The notes under the pieces were generated by a model, which worked only from the letters and a program-made list of their open reading frames with translations, searched no databases and was not told the origin of the DNA. Both the position numbers and the translations under genes were made by a program. A DNA stretch of 64,000 bases from Octopus sinensis (lineage: Eukaryota): positions 75,578,001-75,642,000 of the forward strand of contig NC_042998.1 of NCBI RefSeq assembly GCF_006345805.1, given 5' to 3'. Position 1 is the stretch's first letter. Every line of letters begins with the position of its first letter. Of this stretch, positions 1-14,850 are shown piece by piece.

Positions 1-2045
1 ACAAAAATCCGATTGTATTAATCCACCACCAACTCCCATAAAGTAAGGTAATGGAATTGAGCTTATATGTTTTATATTGAATTGTACAAAGTCGTGCTTA
101 ATTTCCTGCTATCATATCTACATTATTTCATCGTTTTATTGACATTTGTTGATACTTCTATTGAACTTCAGAATACCAAAAATGAAGAGTGTTGGGTAGA
201 ACTCCAAAACCATTTTAATCAACTACATTGAATATTATGGAAATATATTTAATTCATTGATAATAAGATTATTTAACGATAGAAAACGAATCCGTGAAGG
301 TTTTCGTACCGATTGATGTTATGAAATTTTTTAATGTATCAATAATATATTTCAACTTCTGCCTCAAATGTTTACAGAATCTATATAAATATTTTGTTGC
401 TTTGTCTTTCTCTGTTTACCAATTCTCCATTACTTATTTTTGTACTCATTTCCCATGTTTGATATTATCCTGTATAACAATATTGGTTTGCTATAATTGA
501 TAGAGTAATGGAAGGTATAAACGATCTCAAACATAAGCGAATAAATATTGATTTTTAACGTACACATACATATGGTGTAGCACAAGATTCCGCCCTGAGT
601 GTGTTCACATGTGTGTGAGTGTGCATGTGTGTGTGAATGAGTGAATGAATGTGTATGTGATATGTGTGTGAATGAGTGTATATATGTGTGTAAAAAGATG
701 GGTTTCGTATATATAATATGTCCTACAGTATTTGATTGATATTCATATTCGTCAAAATCTAGCTCGATGTAATTCGCACTTTGACAAAATATTTTGTCCG
801 ATGCTCTACTCATTCGACCAGTTCACCACCATTCTTGAAAATATATTGATAACTACACAAAATGATATTAATGTTTTTAGCAACAATGTTGGACAAATTA
901 ATGGAACAAGGACCACGTATCTATCGTTGAATGGGAGATATGAAAAACTGTTTAATTTGCTGTTCTCTGATTAAAAGATGAAGACCTAGCATGATACCTA
1001 CTGACACTCAATGTATTTTACTGTACTTCAAGAAATATTTTCATTGCAAAACCTAGAGTTTTGTTGACCAGAAAATAAGTACTCCGTTTCAGTAGTTTTT
1101 CTAAGGCAATAATGTAATATTCTCCATGAATATCTTTTTTGTAGCATATTTTCCACAAAAGTACCCATATCATTTTCACGTTAATAATTGTTTTATTCAA
1201 AAAGGTTTTCTGCCATAGGTTCTGAATTCTGCTATTCGCACTGTTTTTGAATATTTCAGTCTAAACATTTTCTATTAATAAGTATTTTCTTTATACCAAT
1301 CCAGTTAATTTTCTTTAACGCCATACCTGGCTTTCAGGTGCTTTTAGCGGTGCTCTCTCTGTTACAGGCATTTTTTCCATGAGTCCGGTTTTAGGATATT
1401 TCCCATCAATCTCGGAAGCTCTGACAAATTAGACAGTTACAGACCCTGTACTTCTCTCCCTGACTAACTATTAAGAACAATATCAGAAAATGTATCTGTG
1501 ACTAATACAGAAATATCCTATGACATATATTTCTTGGTGGAGGACGTATCTTTACCAAGATATTCTTGGACGTGCTCAAGAGATATTCGAATGGCCTGTA
1601 TAGCCGCTTGCAGTTATCTAATTGACTTTATTTCATACAGACACCATTTTAATTACAGGACAAAATAAGAAATAGTTGTACTGCACACCGATGTTCATCA
1701 GAATCCTTCTCTTCGTTATACTATGAAAGACATCACATGAAAGAGGGTTAACATCAGAACCATACAACAAAAGCAATAAAACAAATGTAACCCAAATACT
1801 GTTTCTATTTCGCCAAAAGATAATGCTAATATATGTTAATGAATCTCGTGCTCCATTATGATAGTTGAAACATGAGGATTAAACAAACTACACGATGTGT
1901 GGCCCACGGACACAGATGTGCAAATAATGTTGCAATAAAAGGTTCACATGAATGTTTTGAACTTTCAAATTAATTGCAATGGAAATTTTCTTTTTTGCTT
2001 TCGTTTCAGATATTTCTTGGAGCATTAAATCAACTACGAGACTGA

Positions 2046-2054
2046 AGTAGTAGC

Positions 2055-2126
<72 letters not shown>

Positions 2127-2237
2127 TGCAGCAGCAGCAGCAACAACAACTGAAAAACTAAGAGTGAAATGATGATAATGATGATGATGATGACGATGAC
2201 GTCATCGACAACGACGATGATGATGATGATGATGATG
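2046..2237. repeat. Compound trinucleotide microsatellites (AGT)n-(GCA)n-(ACA)n followed by (GAT)n
   Basis: Directly visible tandem repeats. Confidence 0.95.
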
Positions 2238-5200
2238 AAAAGTGTTGGTGGTTTTGGTAGTGGTAGTTTGAACTGGATTTAAAATATAATAATAATAGTA
2301 ATGATTATGAGAATTAAAGTGTCACTATGAGGAAAGGTAAAGCTAAGATTTACAGCAATATTTAAAAAGAGTGGGGAAAGCAAATATGGAGTAACCCCTA
2401 CATACTCAAAGCAATAACCTTATAATCTCGCTACCAATACAGCAAATTGCACGTAACTTTAGTCATAAAAATCAGAGTGCAAGTGTAATTTCAACCAACA
2501 CGAAGAAACGGTGCAGCACCTAAAAGTAGAATAACAACTAATGATCTTATAAAAGTTTAGAGATGCTATAAAGTGTAAAGTAGTTTAAATAATGGTTAAT
2601 GTCACTTCTTGCAAGAGGATTAATGTTCGTAAATGTTTATCTAACGATAAGCATCTTCTTTATGCCATAGGAAGTGGGCATTTTTTCGGGAATTTGCACG
2701 CCTTCCAGAAAGCTTCATTCTTAAACATGAATGATTAATTAAAGACCTTAGTGTTGGCTGCGGTTAAGCAAAAAAAGAAAATATGAGAAGATGGGAAAGT
2801 AGGTTTAAGGGTTAGGGTGAATGGAAATGTAGCAGCCAATAATTTCATAGGGAAAGATGTCACAATAGTGATCAATGAGAGATAGGGCAAAAAGCGTCCT
2901 TGTATCCAGAGTTTTCTCAATCAGTTTCATTACGTTCATTTACATGTGCTCTACATTGTTACTTGTAACAGCAGCACAATTCCACTTTGGTAAGCATTAA
3001 TCCAACGTAGATTTTTTGTCTTTTTAACTGATTTTTAACTGAAGTTATCTACGTGTAATCGTAATAAAAAGTCATCACAGATTTCACTTCAGAAAGTTTT
3101 TTTAAATATTGAGTTTTAACTGTATGCAGGTTTTGTGGACGGATGTTGATGTGCAGGACTTTCTTTGATAGTGTTAACGTTTTTCCTGTATTCTGCTCAT
3201 AAATGTATGGCTAGCCAGGCATCAAGGTGCCTTGCATGCGTCAAACGATAAGTGTGAGTATGGTTAGGTTTTATAACGTAATGACAAGTGAACGATGATA
3301 TTTATCTACATTTACATACAAATTCCACAATGTCTTAGCTTCACGCATATTGAAGAAAGTCTCGAGTACACACTGGAATACTACTTACATGTATCCTGTT
3401 CGATTCTTGTCTATGATTAAAGTTATTTTTGATACTATCACTGTTTATCCCGAAGGCAACCCTGCTGGAGTTTTCACCACCAGGACCATCCTATCTAGAA
3501 TATACAAGACTAAAATATGCAGTATATCTTTCTTTTCTGACTTGAGGAAAATTTGTCAGTCACTTACAAAATCATTAAACTGATTGACAATTATTTAATT
3601 ACTAACAGGCTTTAACTAATAGCTCACATCAAAATCTAATGCATTCATCATAACATGATAAATGTAATTTAATCACTCGTTCTTATCTAAAAATACTCTT
3701 CAAAAGTAAAACAATTATTTTCAACACAAAATCCCAGTTCCAGCCAGAGAAACATACCCCTGCCTTTTACCGAATTTTGGTAAAAGTGCTAGAGCATCCC
3801 AAGCTGAGTCTCTTCAATTGTTCACCCTTACTTTTCTGTATTATTCACAGGTCAGCAAGACATTCTTTATAGTTTGGCTTTATTTGTTATAAATGGCAAA
3901 ACATTTCCTTAAATTACACACTTTAGTCCGAAAACAGGAAGGATATACTATATTAAGTATTTCTACACATTCTATACATCAGGATAGGATGGTTCTAACT
4001 GTAACATCTTTTTCTATTGGGACTGCCCTAATGTTAAACAGCAAAAATCTCAACAATAGCTTTAAATACAGGTCAGCCATGACCGAATGTATTTAAGATC
4101 AAAAACATCTATTCATGACCATAATGTCATTTTCAGAGAGTAAGGTGTGGTTTGGATGAACTTTCTCAACCAAATCAATGAGATAGATCATTGCTTCAAA
4201 TTAATTTGAGTTGATATTAAAGGTCACAATTAGGAAAATTGTTTTAAGCCTTGGTTGTACTGAGACCTAGTTTAATAAAGAGATATTTTTGCTAATTTAT
4301 TTATCAAATTTTCCCCATTTTTCTATATTTTCACTGCATTCTATAACGGTTGTTTATTTTTCAGAATCAATTTTCTCTTCAGTATATCACCCGATATTAT
4401 CAAATTAAATGTCATGATATTGCTTTCAGTCACCCAATATTTAATTTAATTTCCTAACTACGTTTAGAGAAATACAATTAAAATGCAAACATAAACCAAG
4501 TTTTATAACAGTTTTTAAAATATCGATCACTTTATGACTAAACTGTTCAATGATACATATCAATAAATTTTCAGCATTATTCAATCAATGAGTTAAGCGT
4601 ACAATAAATTTCCATCGGTGTTAATGCCTTCTATCCTCCTTAATAGAAAACCACGTACAGCGTATTTTGTATATCTGGCTCATAAAAAGTAAGTCTAAAC
4701 CATTGAATATTTTAAAGCTTTATAGATTTCTCTGACAACAAAAAGTCGTATTTTGATGTTTTATTTGTGCATTTTCGAAAATCTCACGCTAAATTTACTA
4801 ATATAGTAAGCTATTGATATTAATAGTGTCTCACTTTTTTTAAATCAATTTAGGAATGCATACAATTTTATTTCATACGATAATAAAGAAGAGGCCCTGA
4901 AATAATTTGTATTTATTTCAAAAGTGAAGCCAAATTTTACAGGCGACTGGAGTATATAATAACGAAATGCGCTATTTATCAGGACAATTCAGATTTACTT
5001 ATCTTAAACTATTAAATATTTTGTCGTTTTACTTAGTTTGGTTGAAGAAATTGATTACTGAGCGTTTTTGAATTTACAACGTCAGAACTGACTGAGTGAA
5101 TGGAGTACTATAATAGCAAATGTATAGTTGACATTTTTCTGTTTGTATTTCTGTCATACAGTGTTATGCCTGTGAGAAAAACGTGTGTGTATATCTTTTT

Positions 5201-5838
5201 TCTCTTTTTTTATTTATCAGTATTCATTTTAGAAGATGGGAGATGATTCCTAACAAAGAAACAAATACTCCATCATTAGAATTTGGATGATAATTAATAA
5301 TCATTTTAAATATGGAAATTTTAAAAAAGCTTGCATATTTTTACTTTCCACTAACAGGCTATATCAAAGTTCGTGTTAACTAGTTTCTTTCTTTACTTGA
5401 AAATCCCAGCTTCTTCAGATTGTGACGTAGACATTTATTAACATAATTAATTGCAACAATGATAGCTTCATATACATGTTAAATTTATAACTAGAGTAGG
5501 ACAGTTTCAAATCACCAATGAATTGTCTCTTTCCTGCTGATTTTAGAGGGAATATTTATATATGCAGGGCAACTAGCCCCTGCTACTGTACATAGTATTT
5601 CTTTTGTCCCAAATAACTATGGCAGGCCGGTTATGTTTGCACTTGGTTGGAATTTTTATGGGAGTATTCCAAAAATATTTCTTGTGCACATATGTATGTA
5701 TTCTATTATACATATTTATATTTGTACATGGGAAGGCTTTTCTACGAATGACATTGCATATTATTGTAGCAAAAATATCATATCGTAGATGGTAACTTCG
5801 ATGCCATTATGAGCAGCTACTGACTACCTGTGTTATGT

Positions 5839-6000
5839 GATTTCTACCAACGAGGTATTGAAAATCTTGTTGAACGTTGGGAAGAAGTTGTAAACAACAA
5901 GGGTGAATACATTATTGATTAATTAGTTATTATTTTTTATTAAACCATTTTAAAAATTTAAATTTTAAAAAACGTTGAGAAATTAGTTGCCAACCCAATA
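5839..6000 (+). mobile_element. 3' remnant of a mariner transposon (transposase C-terminus plus right TIR)
   Basis: 5839-5922 translates DFYQRGIENLVERWEEVVNNKGEYIID*, a typical mariner C-terminus; followed by TIR-like TTAGTTGCCAACCCAATA and TA. Confidence 0.8.
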
Positions 6001-6407
6001 TATATATATAGTGAGGAATTATCGATCCGGTCAAAATACTTCATAAGCTCTCTGTTAGTATACCAGGCTAACAATATTACTTAGATTAGTGAAGAACACC
6101 AAGTAATCTTTTGGTAGGTTTCAAATTATTGTTCATCATAACTCTATGTTGTAAATCCATGCATTGGCTTCAGTGCTCTGTTTGTTATTTCCAGTAATAG
6201 TTCTGACGAAGGTATCATTAAATTTCTTGAGTCTTTCAATCTACCTCAATTAATCAATAGGCCAATTGGGTAAACCTATATATAATGACTACTGGAAACT
6301 GCTATAAGCTAAATTTGGTGTGATAAAGGAATTGACCATTATTTCAACTTGTTTTATACACACACTCACTCACATATATATATCTATATATGCGCGTATA
6401 TATGTGT

Positions 6408-6486
<79 letters not shown>

Positions 6487-6762
6487 TATATATATTATAT
6501 ATATATATATTATATATATATATATATATATAATAGAAATATTAAAATTACTAAAGTCTCTCTAAAAGAGATTACGGCAGCGTTACTGGAAATTAATTGT
6601 TATCGCCATATTAATATGGCAGTCTTATAGATATAAGACTAAAAGCTGTCGCTGATTAGCACCTTGAGGCCATCGCTTTAAGATAGCTATTTGACACACA
6701 AACTGTGTCCATTATAACCTTCGAACAAGGGAGGTCAGCCGCTTTACACTGCTAGTCAGACA

Positions 6763-6805
6763 GCTACAGACGCGTTTCAGGATATTTGCCCTTTGTCAAT
6801 GTAGC
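6763..6805 (-). ncRNA. Minimal type I hammerhead ribozyme motif, U3-A8 core variant
   Basis: Minus strand GCTACA-TTGACAA-AGGG-CAAATA-TCCT-GAAAC-GC-GTC-TGTAGC; helix I 6 bp, helix II 4 bp with one G-U, palindromic helix III ACGCGT. Confidence 0.75.
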
Positions 6806-6956
6806 GTAGTCGACCCAGCAGGTGCCGCCACTGATTGTCTCTGTTCGAAGGTTAATATTTCTATTATTGAAAACAAGTGGATGTATTCCACCGAAACTAG
6901 GTAAATAAAACCTTCGAACAGAGACGATCAGTGGCAACACCTGCTGGGTCGACTAC

Positions 6957-6999
6957 GCTACATTGACAAAGGGCAAATACCCTGAAACGCGTCTGTAGC
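6957..6999 (+). ncRNA. Minimal type I hammerhead ribozyme motif, U3-A8 core variant
   Basis: GCTACA-TTGACAA-AGGG-CAAATA-CCCT-GAAAC-GC-GTC-TGTAGC; perfect helices I and II, GUC cleavage triplet at 6991-6993. Confidence 0.8.
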
Positions 7000-8273
7000 T
7001 GTCTGACTAGCAGTGTGAAGCGGCTGACCTCCCTTGTTCGGAGGTAATAATGGACACAGTTTGTGTGTCAAATAGCTATCTTAAGGCGATGGCCTCATGG
7101 AGCTAATCAGCGACAGCTTTTAGTCTTATATCTATAAGACTGCCATATTAATATGGCGATAACAATTATTATATATATATACACTATACCCTGCCTGTTA
7201 CATTACGGTATGGAACTTATTATTTGGAAGTTTAAAGTTATTTAGCATTTCCTGTAACAAGTGTTATCAAACTTACTTTTCAATTTATGAGAGACGCTTT
7301 CATTTTATTGAATGTCTAAACATTCAATGTTTAACTGTTGACAGTTCCAGTCTCTCTGGTTTAAAATTCTATAGTGTATGATTTACTCTTAATTGGAGAA
7401 ACTTATACTTAAATAATACTAATTAAGCATTTGTTCATTCGGTATCTAGAACATTAATTTGCAATTGCCACTTCTTGTACAATCACATGCTGCAATTGGA
7501 CGGTTTGTTCATTTATTTCTGAGTGGACATATTTAGTTGGGTCATGAAATACACCAATAAAACAAACTTTAAGTAAATTACTAAGTGCAATAATTTAATA
7601 GGGTCTTTTTCCTCTAAAACCCAAATAGATGAAATGTTTACTGAAATCATATGTTTAAAGTACATTATAACAATCCGAGAAATACAAAATATGCTTAAAA
7701 ATTACTTCCATTTCATGTAATATTGATTCTAGGTTACAAAAATACTAGTACAAATGTATAGTTTAAGATTCTATATTTGTGAATATTCAAACGGATGAAA
7801 GAGAAAATTGTGTAAATACACGTAAATGGCAGATAACATAGGAAAATTGTCGAACTCGCACTTACACTCAGGCAAACAAACCTGCTCTTTCTGAATTTCT
7901 GATTAGAGATGTTTTCAGAAGAAGCCACAAAAATGTAATGAAATAAAATGGCTTTTAAATACAAAAGCCACCATAGTCAAGGAAACATCGTGTTTATAAT
8001 CCTCTTTTCATTTTGGATATCTATAAATATTTTCTCTTTTTTCTGATTAACAAGAATGCTGTTGACGTGGCTCTGTGAATCGATATTTTAGAATGCAAAT
8101 TTAATGTAGAGTATAATGACGTTACAAATAATAGAGACAGTAGAAATTATTGTTGAGAACATGCCTTTTGACAGATTAAAATATTCTAATGAATGTATGA
8201 AGCAAATCCTAAGGTATTGAGGAGGAATTTTAACCATGTTTCGTGGTCTGTATACCACAACAGCTGCATTATA

Positions 8274-9673
8274 GGATCCAGTTAGCTCAAGACATCATCA
8301 GGAGGAACCACGTCCGGTTTCGGCCCCTACTCCTCAACCATTTTGACGTGGTGTCACCACCACCCCTTTCGGAGGTGTCTACAGCTCTGGTGTTGGGTAC
8401 ATGTCTTCTTTCTTCTTTCTTCGATGTAGCGTCAACGAGTGTCAGCGGGTGACTGACTGTCTTGTCAAATGTTTTCCCTTTAAATGCCTGCTGCTAGGTT
8501 CCAGCAGGCAGCCCCAGCAAGTTGTCACGTGACCAATGAAGGCACGTAGTCTCAGCACACGCATTCTTTAAACGATACCGTCATCTGTCAGTCAGCGAAG
8601 CTAATTCAGTGGCAGCTTGTCTCACCTAGTAGTGTTATTTTCCGCCGGCATGTTATGACTTTCAAGCCATTTTTGGTCTTTCCGCTTCAGCCATATATAG
8701 AAGCTGGCTTTTTCGACCGCTTCCTGTATTCTCTTTATTAATTTTCTCAGCTCTGAGCTAGAAAAAAACAAATCTTCTTTTGAATAGCGTTGTCATTTTT
8801 CTTTCAATAAAGCCCTTAGCCCCCACTGCCAGGTGGTAATACTCGACATTCCATCCCTGTTCTCTGCACTCTTCGATTAGTTTTTCGTACCTCTTCTTTC
8901 GTTTCTCTGCATTGCCGATCTTTTCTTTCCATGGCACTGTCAGTTCTAGCAAAATCCCTATTCTCTGTTTTCTGTCCCATAGGACTAAATCTGGTCTTAT
9001 TGTCGTTCCTATTAGTGGAAATATTACTAGTCTTTCCAAATCCCTGGCCACCTCCCAGTATGCCTTCCATCTTTCGTCTATCTCTTATATTTTATTTGTA
9101 GGCCTGATTTTATATCCTTTTCCCTCCTTCTGGAAGTATACTTTCCTGCGCTTTTCCACTTTTGGGTACTCTCCCCTATTGCACCTTTCGATCTTCTCCT
9201 TGAGTGCTGCGCTTATGACGCCGAGGACTTGATTATGCCGCCATGTATATCTTTCTATATGCTAGTCTGCGATTTGACAGAACATGTCTAACCGTCGCTT
9301 TCTCTCCACATCTACACTCATCGGTTGTTGTTATGTTCCACCGGACTAAGTTCGTCGGTGAGAGTAGAACATCGAAGGTAGACTTGATCAGGAAGGATGT
9401 TCTTGCTTGTTCCCAAGCCCAAAGTTCCTTCCATGATATTCTGCAGCTGATCACATATTTCTCCAATCTCAGGCATTGTCCCTGTTGACTACATTGCACC
9501 AAATGTACATTTCGCCTTTCTTCTTCATCCTTTCTCACTTCATATACCACTGCCTCTTTCATCTCTTTTATACTGCTCTTGCAAAAAGGCCTGAAATTGT
9601 GCGACTCTAGGCCGGCTCTTGCTTCTTGCGTCGCTCCGACTACATCTGCGTGCCTTAGTTTTCCTTCTGGAAG
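8274..9673 (-). mobile_element. 5'-truncated HERO-like non-LTR retrotransposon (restriction-like endonuclease), degraded, with 3' UTR
   Basis: Minus-strand frames give LRHADVVGATQEARAGL, QQGQCLR..ISWKELWAWE..FLIKSTFDVLLSPTNLVRW, C..C..HVLSN, RYTWRHNQVL, RPDLVLW..LLELTVPW..GWNVEYYHLAVGAKGF and AVEKASFYIWLKRKD; frameshifts and a stop are present; 3' boundary approximate. Confidence 0.8.
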
Positions 9674-10527
9674 TATATATATTTGAATATGTGTTAGTAT
9701 ACATATCTAAACGCTATCTTTTCCCAAAATAAATATTAACACCTTTCTACTTCAATACCAATTCTTTGATTTTTATCTACAAATCTATAAATGTTTTTGA
9801 TTTATAATACACATATACAAATATATGTACTCATGCATGTACATAATATATAAAGTCATGCATAAATATTCAAAAGTACACTTATAGTAACACTTTTACT
9901 CTTTTGCTCTCTATTTTTCTCACCGTCTCTCGCAGGAATAGTGAGACTGAAACCAGAAAAAACGATGAGAAACACGCATGAAGATATAGACTTAGGGAGA
10001 TTGGGGTATACTGGTAATGATAGTGACAGTACGATTCTATGACGTCAAACTTTATGCTCTAGTTTCTCTTTCTATTTGTATTCAATCTTACTTTTTGTTT
10101 CTCTACACATTCATTCAGAAATGCTGGAGTATAAAAGAGATGGTGGAAAAATAATGGTGATGATGGCAGTGGTTTCAAAATTGAATAATCTTCACGTAAA
10201 TAGTTTGTTGCAAAATCTTTCTTGGGCGATTTAAGCACTGTATATGATTTCTGGAATGTGTGGTATCGTTTAAGCTCAAAATTCCTCTAATGTCTTTTTG
10301 TCAGGATTACAGTACATTCCAATTCGGAAAGACCACTGAGACTTTTAAGGTGCATTTCACTGCAAAACCTATCAGTCAATCATATGTCTGTATCAAAACC
10401 GTCGACAAAATACACTATTGCAGCCTTCTTTTGTACCAGGCGGAAGTAAATGTTTCTCCATTATCAAACAGTAACGTGTTGGGAAAGATTACCTATGTAT
10501 ATTTACAGTAATATTTATACATTCTAC

Positions 10528-10700
10528 AAGGCGGCAAAATGCTTAGAGGAATTTCGTCTATCCTTACGTTCTGAGCTCAAATTCCGCTGCGATTAACATT
10601 GCCTTTCATCCTTTCGGGGTCGATAAAATCTGTAGCAGTTGAGCATTTGGGTCGATATACTCAACTTTTCCCCGCACCCTGAACCAAAGTTTGAAATCAA
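10528..10700 (+). mobile_element. tRNA-derived SINE (family A; central GCCTTTCATCCTTTCGGGGTCGATAAA motif, Deu/Nin-domain-like), degraded
   Basis: Homologous to the copies at 27.5, 29.9, 30.0, 36.4 and 51.4 kb in this window. Confidence 0.75.
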
Positions 10701-11193
10701 TGCAACAATTATCTCTAAATTCCGATCTGCGTGTATTTAGGAGGAATTCTAGTGTCTGCTATCCATCTATCTACATGCATCTAATAACCAATTCATAGGT
10801 ATGGTGAAGTGAAGCAGTTCGTTGCAAACAACCACTTGAGTGAATGCTTCATATTGAATTCTATTCTAAACGTTATGAGTAAAATTCATCTCCGGTCTTA
10901 CTTCTTTATGACAATTTCAGTAAATAAATAGCTGGCTGATATTAGTGTTAAAAAAAAATTTGCTTTAAATTATTCTAGATGAAAAATATTACTTTTCCTC
11001 AGTTATTTAATGAAATCTTTTAACAAATTTATTTTGTCAATTATTTAATGAAATATTTAAAAAATATTATGAGGATGTCTGCTTACAAGCGCTGGCAATG
11101 ATACACTGAAGTGGTCTGTTACGTTAGTTTTTATTTACTTGCTTTATAACATTCATCTGTATACATACGTACACATGCGTACACACATACACA

Positions 11194-11196
<3 letters not shown>

Positions 11197-11252
<56 letters not shown>
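11197..11252. repeat. (GT)n microsatellite
   Basis: Direct. Confidence 0.95.
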
Positions 11253-11254
<2 letters not shown>

Positions 11255-11449
11255 AAAAATATTTAAGAAATTAAAAGTATTTCAGAAATTTCGAAATTTT
11301 AACGGTGAAACTGCATGTACATGAAGCTATAAATAATAGCGTTTATTTCTGTTTTCCATTTTTTCTCTCGTTGTTTACCTATTTAACTCATTTGTCTAAG
11401 TATTTCATGTTTTTACACAGTTGGTGATGTCCTGTGCACAAATATGCAG

Positions 11450-11514
<65 letters not shown>

Positions 11515-11516
11515 TA

Positions 11517-11559
<43 letters not shown>

Positions 11560-12669
11560 ACGGTGCCTACGATGTCGCAGATAATGTTTCCAGATGCTGT
11601 AGATTCGGGACTCAGGCTGGGTTGCCGTGATTTCTGTAACCTTCTTTTATAGTTCGTTATTGCTGAAGTTTTCGTGCATTCCCGCATTCTACGTACCTTG
11701 TGTGACAGTGCAAAACGTTTCCTTTTTGACAGGGAAAATATACGAGATCTTCAGATTTTAATTGTCCCCCTACATGGCCTTGCTTTTTGCTTTTTGGGCC
11801 AAAAATTAACTAACTGACTAACTAATTTTTTTTTCTTCAATGCAACACAAATTTATTACTTACTTATTCCGCAATACTTTATAGGAACTGTATAATTTTT
11901 TTATATGGTATTTGAAATTCACCTTGAAATCCTCAATCAAATTTTCTTCGCCCTCACTTCTTATTTCAACTTTTTAAAATGTTTTAATTGAATTCTCAGT
12001 AATTTGCACTTTTTCGCTGTCTTATAATCCTCATCGTTGTCGCCGTCTTCATTATCATCGTATTTTTCTTATCTTTCTCGTTCTTTTTATTCGTACAAAT
12101 TCTGACTCCTATTTAAAATAATTTATGCTTCTCAATTTAAATTTGCATGTATTAAATCTCCAATAAATTATAAGTCACACCAACATGACATATAGATTAC
12201 AGTACATAACGCACAAGATGGACTCAAGCCGACATCTGCAAATACATAACAAGCCAGTATGTACAATGACGTAAGTCACGCTCTAACCGAGTCAATTACC
12301 GTCAATATTTTGCTGACGCTATGAATCTTTCTATTGAACGTATAAATAAATTTCACACTCTACTTAAATTATGTGCTCTCTTAATATGATTACTTTCTGT
12401 GTTTGATTAAGCAGAAAACATGCAGATTAGTAAATTATGAATGCGTGTATGTGTGTGTGTATGTGTATGTGTGATGGAGAGACACCGACTTAAGCATAGA
12501 CATAGCTAAATATGACATTTAGAATATATTACATATACATATTTATATATATATATATTATATATATATAATATATATATATATATATAACAAAGTAAAG
12601 TTGTAAGATACCACACGAGTGGAAATATATATGAAAGAGGGTTTGAAAATGCAATTTTAAAGATGTTTA

Positions 12670-12716
12670 TTCACTTGACCGGTTTCACTTTTTAGAAAAA
12701 GATTGTCAAAAGTAAA
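12670..12716 (-). ncRNA. Minimal type I hammerhead motif, U3-A8 variant, first helix II pair mismatched
   Basis: Minus strand TTTACTT-TTGACAA-TCTTTTTCTAAAAAGT-GAAAC-CG-GTC-AAGTGAA; helix I 7 bp with one G-U, palindromic ACCGGT. Confidence 0.6.
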
Positions 12717-12979
12717 ATGTAAAGCTTTGAATAAACTTTGTCGTGTTAAGTACTGATTGTCCCAAAAGTATTAAAATACATATATACATTCTTTGATAAT
12801 AATAAGAAAATGTTAAAAACAGTTTACAAGAACGTATTTAAGAAAGTATTCAGCAAAAAGTATTAGGAGTTCAATAAAAATCATGTTTGTTTGGTAGTAT
12901 ATATATAGACAGAAGGAGATATATTTAAGAATTTACAAAAAATTGGAGAGGAACCGGCTTGTCTTTTTTGACATTTTTC

Positions 12980-14131
<1,152 letters not shown>

Positions 14132-14574
14132 TATATATATATACAAGATACATACAAGATATATATATATATATACTATTGTATTATATTTATAAATAGA
14201 ATAATTTACATTGAAACTTATAAACTACAATGGTATCATTTGTACTGTTATACTGCTTCTACTAAATTATGTATACAAAGAATGCACACAAATGATTAAC
14301 TATATAAACATGCATAAGATTAAAGCTGATGTGAATAAGAAGATGGGAGATATGATGTTTGATACTTCGGACAAATTTATCCCTTAGTAGAGAGGGAAAT
14401 GTCAAAGAAATACAGAGAAAAAAGTAGCTAAACTTTGTCTGAGGTTTTGAATCTATCTGTGTTGGTAATTTGATTAGCTTTTCCTCTCTTTAACAGACAG
14501 ATATGCTTCCCTGAGTATGTACCTTCACATTCACGCACACTCGCATCACACACACGCACACACACAAACCCAAA

Positions 14575-14850
<276 letters not shown>

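Larger units (their letters stand above)
6594..7168. mobile_element. Fold-back element: 260-bp inverted arms with 55-bp spacer, each arm carrying a hammerhead motif; probable non-autonomous Penelope-like (pLTR-derived) element
   Basis: Arms 6594-6853 and 6909-7168 are reverse complements with about 10 mismatches; right end abuts (TA)n. Confidence 0.8.

Noticed and set aside
3727-3822. Minus-strand peptide DSAWDALALLPKFGKR resembling an amidated neuropeptide
   Set aside because: In-frame TGA two codons upstream, no good splice acceptor, no signal peptide; it would need an unproven 2-nt correction
6270-6310. AATGACTACTGGAAACTGCTATAAG, a possible HHR remnant
   Set aside because: No helix II and no intact helix III or cleavage triplet
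8228-8268. Minus-strand GTGGT-ATACAG-ACCAC-GAAAC-ATG-GTT, half of an HHR
   Set aside because: Core reads CTGTT instead of CTGANGA and there is no helix I pairing
10040-10047. Perfect CRE motif TGACGTCA
   Set aside because: A single 8-mer in 64 kb is compatible with chance; no promoter context
11557-11760. GC-richer island after (TA)n, weakly RTE-like on the minus strand
   Set aside because: Similarity is too weak to assign without a search
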